NCBI GenBank assembly: GCA_022803075.1
Contig: JAFFTF010000004.1
Coordinates: forward strand, 164,852-188,851
Origin: Micrococcales bacterium 31B
Lineage (GTDB): Bacteria > Actinomycetota > Actinomycetes > Actinomycetales > Dermabacteraceae
DNA length: 24,000 bases
Direction of reading: 5' to 3'
Below the pieces are notes generated by a model. It made no database searches. It saw only the letters and a program-made list of their open reading frames with translations, and was not told where the DNA came from. Numbering within the stretch: the first letter of the stretch is position 1; each line of letters opens with the position of its first letter. Position numbers and translations under genes: made by a program. Shown in pieces: positions 16,975 to 24,000 of the stretch.

Positions 16975-17994
16975 TTAACGTGCGCCGACGGCGAGGGGCA
17001 CCTGCGCTGACAGTTCGCGCAAGATCTGGTCGGAATCCTGGCCGCTCGCGAACGCGCGGGGCGCGAGCTGGACCCGGTGCGACCACAGGGGCAGCAGCAG
17101 GGCTTGGAGGTCGGTGGGCAGCACGTGATCGCGGCCCGAAATTGCGGCGTACGCCTTGGCCGCGCGCACGAGGTGAACGGTCGCCCGGGGCGAGACGCCG
17201 AGCCGCAGCAGTGGATGCTGCCGCGTGCGATTCGCGAGGTGAACCGTGTATTCGAGCAGTTCGGGCGAGATGAAGATGCTGCGCACCTGATTCATCATCG
17301 AGGCCAGTTCGCCCGCCGAGGTGATCGTGTTGATCGTGTGCAGCGCAGCGTGCGCGGCCTTGAAGTCGTTGCTGCGGCCGGATTGCACGGCGAGCATCTT
17401 GATCTCGGAGGTGGGGTCGGGGTAGCCCAGCGAAATGCGCGCCATGAAGCGGTCGCGCTGAGCCTCGGGCAGGGCGTACGTGCCCTCCATTTCGATGGGG
17501 TTCGATGTGGCCATCACCATGAAGGGGCGAGGCAGCTCGTGCGTTTCTGAGTCGACGGTGACGTGGCTTTCTTCCATCGCTTCGAGCAGTGCCGACTGCG
17601 TCTTGGGGCTCGAACGGTTGATCTCGTCGGCGAGCAGCAAGTTGGTGAAGATGGTGCCGCGACGAAACTCAAACTCGGTACTGCCCGGGCGCAGGATGGA
17701 GACTCCCGTAATATCACTGGGCAGCAAGTCTGGGGTGAATTGAATGCGCCGTTGATCGACGCCAAGCGCACGCCCCATCGAGGTCGCCAGCATGGTCTTG
17801 CCGACCCCGGGCACGTCTTCGATGAGCAGGTGGCCGCCCGCAAAGAGAACGGTCAGCGCGATACGAATGTGTTGTCCCTTGCCCTCAATCACTTTTGACA
17901 CTTCGTCATACAGCGCGCCCGCGCAGGCCGAAATGAGGGCGACATTCGCTTCTGGATGTTGGGGCACGGCAACCTCGTTCGTTTCGGCGGGCAC
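16975..17994 (-). CDS. MoxR-family AAA+ ATPase
   Basis: Walker A LIEDVPGVGKT. Walker B / sensor LLLADEINRSSPKTQSALLEAMEE. Text is MoxR-like end to end. The start is uncertain: GTG 17994 has no SD, while GTG 17967 has GAGG 5 nt upstream. Confidence 0.9.
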   Translation of the reverse strand: MPAETNEVAVPQHPEANVALISACAGALYDEVSKVIEGKGQHIRIALTVLFAGGHLLIEDVPGVGKTMLATSMGRALGVDQRRIQFTPDLLPSDITGVSILRPGSTEFEFRRGTIFTNLLLADEINRSSPKTQSALLEAMEESHVTVDSETHELPRPFMVMATSNPIEMEGTYALPEAQRDRFMARISLGYPDPTSEIKMLAVQSGRSNDFKAAHAALHTINTITSAGELASMMNQVRSIFISPELLEYTVHLANRTRQHPLLRLGVSPRATVHLVRAAKAYAAISGRDHVLPTDLQALLLPLWSHRVQLAPRAFASGQDSDQILRELSAQVPLAVGAR

Positions 17995-18167
17995 GGCAAG
18001 CGTGTCGGTCGGGTCAGCGCAGGTATGCGCCTCCTAAACCTCCACGCTAGCAGCCTGGCCGAGCCTCCTGCTGAGAGTTACTTGAGGGCTCCCTTCATGC
18101 AAAAGTTCTGCGGCCCGATCTGGCGGCTATGTTATGTGGACCCTTTTAGTGTGAACCTGGTTTGGGG

Positions 18168-20051
18168 CTAGAACAACTCGTAGTAATTGGGGCGTAGCGG
18201 ATTGTTCTCCCACCCCAGGTACGCGGCCGCACGCAGAATGCGCGCCATGGGCGACGAGGGCACGGCGCCGGGGGTGGGTGCCGCAAGGCCGGGCACCACC
18301 GCGCGCACCACGTGACAACCGCAGGCCCGGGCGTCGTCTGTCGTGAGGTCGACGATGATGTATTCCCACCCATTGCGTTGCAACGAGGCGCGCGCGTCGA
18401 GGCCCGGCGAGGCGGGATACGTGGCGAGCGTGGTGTCGGAGACGCGCTCGCGCATGGCCGCGCTCTGCGCCTCGGTGACGGCGCGAGCCCGCTGTTCGCT
18501 TTGCAGGTGATGGTGCAGCAGGGCCTCGGTGGCGGCAAGTTCGCACGCGGTTTCGTAGTCGCGATGAGATGCGCAGCCGTAGCCGACGTAGTTGTCTTTC
18601 TCGACTATCGCAAGCACGGTCGGAAGGTCGTAGGTGTTGCGCAGGTCAAGGAGGGTGAGGTCAACGGAACACGGGGCACCCGACTCGGTCACCCAGGCGT
18701 CCTGAATGGACGCGGGGGTGGGCAGTTGGTCGGCCACGCCGCCGCGGGTCCACCAGACTGCGAGGGCGTCTTGGCAGATGACATTGCGCAGGGCCATCTC
18801 GGCGGCATCATCGTGATGCAGGCTGCTCCCGAGGCCCGAGAGTTCGATGTGGGGGTGAACGCAGCCGCGCTCAAAGGTGCGGAACACGGTGTCACGGGGC
18901 ACCCACACGGGAAGCCCCTCGTAGTCGCCCTTGATCCACCAGATGGGTGTCTCGGGGTCTCGCTGCGCCATGGCCAGCGTGCGGGTCAAGACGAAGTCGA
19001 AACGGCTGAGGTCAACGACGTTTTCGCCGGCTTCGAGCAGGGCGCGCCGGGGGGCGTGCCAAATTTCGCCCTGAGTGTGGATACTCGAGCAGTAGCGGCC
19101 CAGTGCGCGCAGTGCGCTCTCGGCGGTGGGCGACGTCGGGTCGAGCCCTTGGCGAAGCTCGCCGATCTTGGCGACCATGCCGGGCGTGGATTCGGCGGTG
19201 AGCCCGGGCACTTCGAACGGGGCTATCAGGGTGAACTCGGTGTACGCGAAGTGGCGTGGGTAGCCTGCTGGGCCGAGCTGAGTGGAGACCCCCGTAATGA
19301 TGCCCGTATAGGGGTCGATGAGCGGCAACGCGGATTCGGCGGCTGAGACATTGTGCGCGAGGGCGCGGGGGTCGTCCCGATGGTCGTCCAACGGATCGGT
19401 TTCTCGGGGTGAGGTGGGCGGAGGCAACACCGGGTGGGGGGTTTGAGTCTCATCGTGCCACGCGAGGAGGTTGGCGAGGCGTCCGAAACAGTGCGGATTG
19501 CGGTTGAGTTCGGTAGCGGTGGCCTGCACGGCGCGCAGCAGGGCGGCTTCGCAGGCCTCTGGGGTGAGCGGCTGACCGTAGCGGATTTGCAATCGGGGCA
19601 CGACGACTTCGAATTGGTGCCAATCTTCGTTGCGGCCGGGGCCGAAGGCGAGCGACCAGACTCCGACCGAGGTGGTCCACAGCAGGAGGCGGGGGCCGGT
19701 GATGGCGTCGAGGGCGGCGAAGTGGGGGGCGGGACTCTCGCGCGTGATGAGCACATGCACATCAACCAGATCGGGGTCGCGCGGAGTGGTGTCGGTCGCC
19801 CACTGCGCGATGGGCAGGGCGTGCGCGCGGCCGGAGGTGCTCGGGGAAGTTCTGGAGGGGTCGCCGACGAGAGGCTGCGGCTCGGGGTGGACGTCGAGGG
19901 TTTCGGTGAATACGGCGAAGAGGTCGGGCGGGGCGTCGACGGTGACGCGGACCTGGGAGAGCCCCCCGACGGAAGTGTCTAATGCGGTGTTTTCGCCCAC
20001 CACAAAGGCGTGCTTGAAGGGCACGACATTTGAGGTGTTGGCGGAGGTCAT
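18168..20051 (-). CDS. YcaO-superfamily protein with an N-terminal extension of about 230 aa and apparently substituted ATP/Mg-binding residues
   Basis: YcaO-like landmarks occur in the canonical order. These are LIDPYTGIITGV; TAESALRALGRYCSS (expected SAL.EA.ERY); PIWWIKGDYEGLPVWVPRDTVF; GLGSSLHHDDAAEMALRNVICQDALAVWW (expected E..ERDA); and IIVDLTTDDARACGCHVVRAVVPGL. The assignment was made by eye only. Confidence 0.65.
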   Translation of the reverse strand: MTSANTSNVVPFKHAFVVGENTALDTSVGGLSQVRVTVDAPPDLFAVFTETLDVHPEPQPLVGDPSRTSPSTSGRAHALPIAQWATDTTPRDPDLVDVHVLITRESPAPHFAALDAITGPRLLLWTTSVGVWSLAFGPGRNEDWHQFEVVVPRLQIRYGQPLTPEACEAALLRAVQATATELNRNPHCFGRLANLLAWHDETQTPHPVLPPPTSPRETDPLDDHRDDPRALAHNVSAAESALPLIDPYTGIITGVSTQLGPAGYPRHFAYTEFTLIAPFEVPGLTAESTPGMVAKIGELRQGLDPTSPTAESALRALGRYCSSIHTQGEIWHAPRRALLEAGENVVDLSRFDFVLTRTLAMAQRDPETPIWWIKGDYEGLPVWVPRDTVFRTFERGCVHPHIELSGLGSSLHHDDAAEMALRNVICQDALAVWWTRGGVADQLPTPASIQDAWVTESGAPCSVDLTLLDLRNTYDLPTVLAIVEKDNYVGYGCASHRDYETACELAATEALLHHHLQSEQRARAVTEAQSAAMRERVSDTTLATYPASPGLDARASLQRNGWEYIIVDLTTDDARACGCHVVRAVVPGLAAPTPGAVPSSPMARILRAAAYLGWENNPLRPNYYELF

Positions 20052-20307
20052 AGTTCGAGCGTGACACTATTCGATGGGGCGGTCAACAGCAGATTCTCGG
20101 TGGCCGCGGGGCGTATCGACGCAGCGTGAAATGAGGGGCCCACTGCCCTAGCTGTGGGTGATGCGGGTCAGGGGCGGGGCCTGGGGCGGCGGCGTGGTTT
20201 ATGGTGTGTAGTCTCGGCTGCCGGGTGACCGGGCGAGCTGCGTTTGTGCAGTTAGTGGGCGGGTGCGAGATCGCCTCGGGGTGTCGCCTGACTTCTGTCA
20301 ACCCTGC

Positions 20308-20360
20308 TGCATTGATCACTCAATGCAACCATGCGTGGCACAAAGTAGCATTGCAATGCT
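20308..20360. promoter_or_regulatory. Two palindromes sharing the half-site GCATTG in the AT-rich intergenic region (candidate operators)
   Basis: TGCATTGA-tcac-TCAATGCA at 20308-20327 (8-bp arms) and AGCATTG|CAATGCT at 20347-20360 (perfect 14-mer). Each alone is near chance expectation for 24 kb. The shared half-site and 20-bp proximity are the only support. Confidence 0.2.
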
Positions 20361-20619
20361 TTGTTACAGATGTATACAAATTTTGGTGATGCCCAACACG
20401 CGGCGCTTCTGTTTTTCTGCGGTAGTGGTGTATTGAACCCGTTTGATCGCGATTGCGTTCGGTTCGGGTTCGTTGCGTCCGCGCGCCCGCGCCGCAGAAT
20501 GCCCCAACAAAAACTGCAGCGCGGGCACGGCTCGGACAAGATAGAGGCCAAATGCGGTTTGCATTCGCACCGAAATGGGGGGAATGTAAGATCAGAGAGA
20601 TTGCAGAGCGGAGTCGTGC

Positions 20620-23325
20620 GTGAGCATACAGTTAGGTCTTGTGCTGGAGGCACTGGCCGAACGTCTTGGCGCCCACAGCGTCATCCTGCAAGATGCTGAG
20701 GGCGGCCTGCCCTACAGTTCCTGGGGGTTGCACCGCGATGTCGCCATGCCAGAAATGACCGTGGGCCTACCGAGCCTTTCGCAGCTCGCGCCCGTGCTCG
20801 ACCGCGTACTGCGCAGTCACTCCGGCACTATCCTGCACGAGGACGTCGACGAACTCAGTTTCAGCGGCATCGCCGTCGTGAGCGATCATTTCGTCGGCGT
20901 ACTCTGCGTGTTCCACCCCAAGGGCCATCGCCTCACCGCCGAACACGAATCGGCCATGCGCCTCGCAAGCCATATCTGCACCTCCGTTCAGCAAATCAAG
21001 GGCCAACGCAACACGCAGGAACGCCTCGACGAACTCGTCACCTATTGCGCCTCCGTGCTCATGAGTATCGGCTGGTCGGAGGTCAGCCGCGGCGTGGACG
21101 AGGTCGTGCGCGTCGTGGGCAAGTTCTTCGCCGTCGACAGTTGCTTTCTGCGCTACAACGACTTCGACCTCGGTCTCACCCGCCTCGTCGCTATCTCGCC
21201 GCCGCGAGATTTCGTACCCAGCCCCGACCCCCTCTACGAGATTCCGTTCGACTCCGACGACGCGTTCAGCCTCGTGCACGACTTCAAAGACGTGCTGCTG
21301 GTCCCGAGCGACCCCCAGGCGTTTGACGGCCGCTATGCCAAACTGCAAGCCCTCGGCTACGCAGCCACGAGGTTCGAGACGTGCTCACTCGTCGCCGTGC
21401 CCATGCTGAGCGGCACCGACACCACCGGAATGCTCACGCTCGCGACCATCAGCGACCGCAACTGGACAGCCCATGAACTCGGGGCGCTACGCGCCATCTC
21501 GGGACTCCTCTCGCAGATGTATGCGCGCGTGACGGCCGAAGAAGAACTGCACCGGCTCGCGCACGTTGACGAACTCACTGGGCTGCCCAACCGTCGCGCG
21601 GTATTCGAAGTGCTGGCCGACTGGGCGGCGCAGGCAGACAAGCGGCCGTTCGCCCTCATGTTCGTTGACATGGATCGCCTCAAGGTCATGAATGACCTGC
21701 TCGGCCACACGGGCGGCGACATTTTCTTGCGCTCGGTCGCCACGGAACTCAGGCAGTACCTCGACAAAGACGACGTCATCGCGCGCATCTCTGGCGACGA
21801 GTTCGTGATCTTGCGCTCCAACTGCCGCAACGTCGTGCAGGCCCGCACGCTCGCGGCAAACCTGCTCAGCCAGGTGGCCGTGCCCCTCGAAATTATGGGG
21901 CGCAGCGTCAGCCGCAGCGCCTGCTTCGGCATCGCCATGTCGTACGGCGCCGAGACGAACCCCACCGACCTGCTGCGCTCGGCCGACCTCGCCCTGCGCG
22001 AAGCCAAGAGTGAGGGTTCGGGCACCATCAAGGTGTTTGACGACGAACTGCAGCGCACTACCCTCGACCGCGCCGCCCTCGAGCTCTACCTCGCGAGCGC
22101 AGCCGGAAACGGCGAACTGAGATTGTTTTTTCAGCCCGAGATCGATCTCGCGAGCGACCGCGTCATCGCCCTAGAGGCCCTGGTGCGCTGGGACCATCCG
22201 CGGCTGGGTATGCTCGGCGCGGGCGACTTCATTCCCATCGCCGAGGAATCCAACCTCGTAGGCCAGATCGGCAACTGGGTGCTCGACACCGCGATGCAAC
22301 AACTTGCGCGCTGGAAGCAACTACCTGGCCTCGGCGACCTCATGATTCGCATCAACGTGAGCGTGAGCGAATTGGTTGGCCTCGACCTCGTCGACCGCCT
22401 GCAAGTGAACTTGGAACGCCACCACCTCGACGGCTCCGACGTGTGCCTCGAGGTCACCGAGTCGAGCGTTATCAAGCGCCTTGACGTCGTGCAGAACACC
22501 CTGAACGCCGTGCGCAAGTTGGGCGTCCGGCTCGCGATTGACGACTTCGGCACGGGCTACTCATCGCTAGCGCAACTGCGTGACCTGCCCTTTGACGTGT
22601 TGAAAATCGACCAGCAGTTCGTTCGCAACCTGCGCGATGACCCCAAAAATCAGGCGATTGTCGCAGCCACTATCGCGCTCGCGCAGGCCATGCATCTCGA
22701 GACCGTGGCCGAGGGCATCGAGGACGCCGAGTCCATGCGCATTCTTTCTGACCTCGGGTGTGGCAGTGGTCAGGGCTACTACTTGGCGCGCCCTAAGCCG
22801 GCCTCGGATGCCGAGGCGTGGCTGCGCCGCATGGCCGAGCGCAAGACCCGCGACGGCATGGGGGCGGTGGCCTTTGCAGAGGCCGAGGCCGTGTTCGAAG
22901 CGAACCACGAGGGGTTTCACGAGGAGTCGGCCGACGCGCCGTTCACCGAGGTGATTGCCGAGATCGTCTCGCTTTCGTGCCCCGACGGTCGGCCGCTCCC
23001 CGAGGGTGGTTTTTCGGTAGACGAGGACGCCGTGTGGCCCTTTGATCCGGAAAGCGCCGTGAGCCCCGTGGCGGCGGAGGTTCGAGAGCCGCAATCCCAG
23101 GCGTCGCCGAAGGCAGCCGCCTCCGCACCCAGCGCGCGCAAGCGTACGAAACCGAAGACCTCCGCCGCAAAGCCCGCGGCGCGTAAGCCCGCGGCCGCTA
23201 AGCCCGCGGCCGCTAAGCCCGCTGCGCCGAAGGTCGTTGAGTCAACCCCCCACGCCGACGAGGCGGAGGTCCCCGCGACCGCTGAGCCGCCGCGCGTCTG
23301 GCCCCGCGCCCCGCGCGCCAGCTAG
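20620..23325 (+). CDS. c-di-GMP signalling protein: two GAF-like sensor domains, GGDEF (SGDEF variant), EAL, and a K/A/P-rich disordered tail
   Basis: GTG start with GGAG 6 nt upstream. GGDEF domain (GLPNRRA ... RISGDEFVIL). EAL domain with EALVRW, EVTES, DDFGTGYSS, KIDQQF, EGIED and QGYYLARP all present. The last 170 aa or so are low complexity and end in (AAKPA)n. Confidence 0.9.
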   Translation: MSIQLGLVLEALAERLGAHSVILQDAEGGLPYSSWGLHRDVAMPEMTVGLPSLSQLAPVLDRVLRSHSGTILHEDVDELSFSGIAVVSDHFVGVLCVFHPKGHRLTAEHESAMRLASHICTSVQQIKGQRNTQERLDELVTYCASVLMSIGWSEVSRGVDEVVRVVGKFFAVDSCFLRYNDFDLGLTRLVAISPPRDFVPSPDPLYEIPFDSDDAFSLVHDFKDVLLVPSDPQAFDGRYAKLQALGYAATRFETCSLVAVPMLSGTDTTGMLTLATISDRNWTAHELGALRAISGLLSQMYARVTAEEELHRLAHVDELTGLPNRRAVFEVLADWAAQADKRPFALMFVDMDRLKVMNDLLGHTGGDIFLRSVATELRQYLDKDDVIARISGDEFVILRSNCRNVVQARTLAANLLSQVAVPLEIMGRSVSRSACFGIAMSYGAETNPTDLLRSADLALREAKSEGSGTIKVFDDELQRTTLDRAALELYLASAAGNGELRLFFQPEIDLASDRVIALEALVRWDHPRLGMLGAGDFIPIAEESNLVGQIGNWVLDTAMQQLARWKQLPGLGDLMIRINVSVSELVGLDLVDRLQVNLERHHLDGSDVCLEVTESSVIKRLDVVQNTLNAVRKLGVRLAIDDFGTGYSSLAQLRDLPFDVLKIDQQFVRNLRDDPKNQAIVAATIALAQAMHLETVAEGIEDAESMRILSDLGCGSGQGYYLARPKPASDAEAWLRRMAERKTRDGMGAVAFAEAEAVFEANHEGFHEESADAPFTEVIAEIVSLSCPDGRPLPEGGFSVDEDAVWPFDPESAVSPVAAEVREPQSQASPKAAASAPSARKRTKPKTSAAKPAARKPAAAKPAAAKPAAPKVVESTPHADEAEVPATAEPPRVWPRAPRAS
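23170..23232 (+). repeat. Codon-phased 15-bp tandem repeat (AAGCCCGCGGCCGCT-like, 4 copies) encoding KPAA(A/R)
   Basis: Direct reading: aagcccgcggcgcgt aagcccgcggccgct aagcccgcggccgct aagcccgctgcgccg aag. Confidence 0.85.
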
Positions 23326-23434
23326 CCAGCTAGCCAGCTAGCCAGCTAGCCAGCTAGCCAGCCAGCCAGCTAGCCAACCAGCCAACCAGCCAACCAGCCA
23401 ACCAGCCAGCCAGCCAACTAGCCAACCAGCCAAC
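23317..23434. repeat. 118-bp GCCA-phased microsatellite: (GCCAGCTA)5, (GCCA)2, GCCAGCTA, (GCCAACCA)4, (GCCA)2, GCCAACTA, GCCAACCA, GCCAAC
   Basis: Direct reading. The first unit supplies the last two codons and the TAG stop of the GGDEF-EAL gene (gcc agc tag). There are seven CTAG tetramers within about 105 bp. Confidence 0.95.
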
Positions 23435-23609
23435 GCAGCGTGTAGCGCCCGGGGCGCCCGAGGCGTCCGGGCGACCGGTGTCGTCGGCGCGTCCGTGCGG
23501 GTCCTGCCGAGAGCCGCGGGCTTCCAGATTTGAGCATGCGCCAGGTCGATCTGACTAATACTGGTTATTTAACTGCTAATCTATTCAGAGTCGATCAAAG
23601 GAGGTGCCC

Positions 23610-24000
23610 ATGGTGGAGTCCTCGACCGCCAAATCCCAACGCTGGGAGCCGCTCCTCAGCTTGCTTTCTGAGCGCAAACGATTGAGCGTACAAGACGTCG
23701 TAGACCAGCTCGGCATCTCGCCCTCCACGGTGCGCCGCGACTTCAGCGAACTCGCGAGCCTGCAACTCGCCAAGCGCGTCCACGGCGGCATCGTCGCTAC
23801 CGAGGTGGCCTACGAGATCCCCAGCCGCTACCGCAAAAACTGCGCAGACGACTCCCGCATCGAACGCATCGCCGCCGCCGCGATGGACCTCGTCGGCCCC
23901 GGCGACTGCATCGCCTTCAACGGCGGCACCACCACCACGGCCGCCGCCCGCGCCCTGGCCCTGCGCGCCGACCTGATCGGACCGCCCGGTGACTACGTCG
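23610..24000 (+). CDS. DeoR/GlpR-family transcriptional regulator (3' truncated by the window edge)
   Basis: My own translation starts at ATG 23610, with SD aaaggagg at 23597-23604. It reads MVESSTAKSQRWEPLLSLLSERKRLSVQDVVDQLGISPSTVRRDFSELA...RVHGG...IAFNGGTTT. This gives a winged-HTH followed by the start of a DeoR C-terminal sensor domain. It is not in the ORF track because there is no stop within the window. Confidence 0.85.
   Translation, partial: MVESSTAKSQRWEPLLSLLSERKRLSVQDVVDQLGISPSTVRRDFSELASLQLAKRVHGGIVATEVAYEIPSRYRKNCADDSRIERIAAAAMDLVGPGDCIAFNGGTTTTAAARALALRADLIGPPGDYV

Noticed and set aside
17995-18167. GGAGG-containing 174-nt spacer between the YcaO-like gene and MoxR, examined for a hidden small ORF or a better MoxR start.
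   Set aside because: An in-frame TAG sits directly at the AGGAGG, and no start codon follows it before GTG 17994. The only small ORF (MKGALK) is trivially short.
18168-20051. Whether the YcaO-like/MoxR block is compositionally foreign (a genomic island).
   Set aside because: My hand counts give about 63-68% GC for the YcaO-like gene and about 65% for MoxR. This is within the spread of clearly native genes, and there are no flanking tRNA, integrase or direct repeats.
20083-20319. 78-aa minus-strand ORF ending ...PRICC just upstream of the YcaO-like gene, considered as a RiPP precursor.
   Set aside because: GTG start without an SD, about 67% GC3 (roughly the local base composition rather than coding bias), and a Pro/Arg/His-rich out-of-frame-like composition. 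I kept it only as a low-probability candidate inside the intergenic-region finding.
23317-23434. Considered whether the repeat array could be a CRISPR array or a mobile-element terminus.
   Set aside because: The units are 4-8 bp and contiguous with no spacers. No cas genes, transposase, integrase or flanking inverted or direct repeats are present.

Overview
High-GC (about 70%) Actinomycetota-type chromosomal window, densely coding. No rRNA, tRNA, CRISPR array or transposase/integrase is recognisable.

**Layout**
1. 1-8550 (+): the accessory and maturation end of a [NiFe]-hydrogenase locus. It holds a TPR-like gene 3' end, a small unknown, a NifU-like/Rieske Fe-S protein, hypF, hypC, a degenerate-SIS/HypC-like fusion, hypE, a second hypC, hypD and a Cys-containing unknown. 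No hydrogenase structural genes, hypA or hypB lie in the window.
2. 8627-10717 (-): a PhoX-type Tat-exported phosphatase.
3. 10976-13229: the conserved actinobacterial block crgA (-) / class E sortase / 53-aa membrane peptide / trpG-pabA amidotransferase (+).
4. 13240-20051 (-): a co-directional four-gene block. It consists of a YcaO-superfamily protein with a long N-terminal extension, a MoxR AAA+ ATPase, a DUF58 protein and a multi-pass transglutaminase.
5. 20052-20619: a 568-bp intergenic region, locally about 44% GC.
6. 20620-23325 (+): a GAF-GAF-GGDEF-EAL protein with a Lys/Ala/Pro repeat tail.
7. 23317-23434: a 118-bp GCCA-phased microsatellite that starts inside that gene's last codons.
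8. 23610-24000 (+): the 5' part of a DeoR-family regulator.

**Main candidate for something undescribed:** the YcaO-like gene, whose ATP/Mg-binding acidic residues look substituted when aligned by eye. It sits next to the MoxR-DUF58-transglutaminase triad and to the AT-rich intergenic region with small Cys-containing ORFs.

**Secondary oddities**
- The mosaic hyp cluster: two hypC genes, and a roughly 60% GC hypC-hypD segment.
- Codon-phased tandem repeats inside hypF and other genes.
- The CTAG-rich microsatellite.

All functional calls come from reading motifs in the supplied translations. No database search was run.
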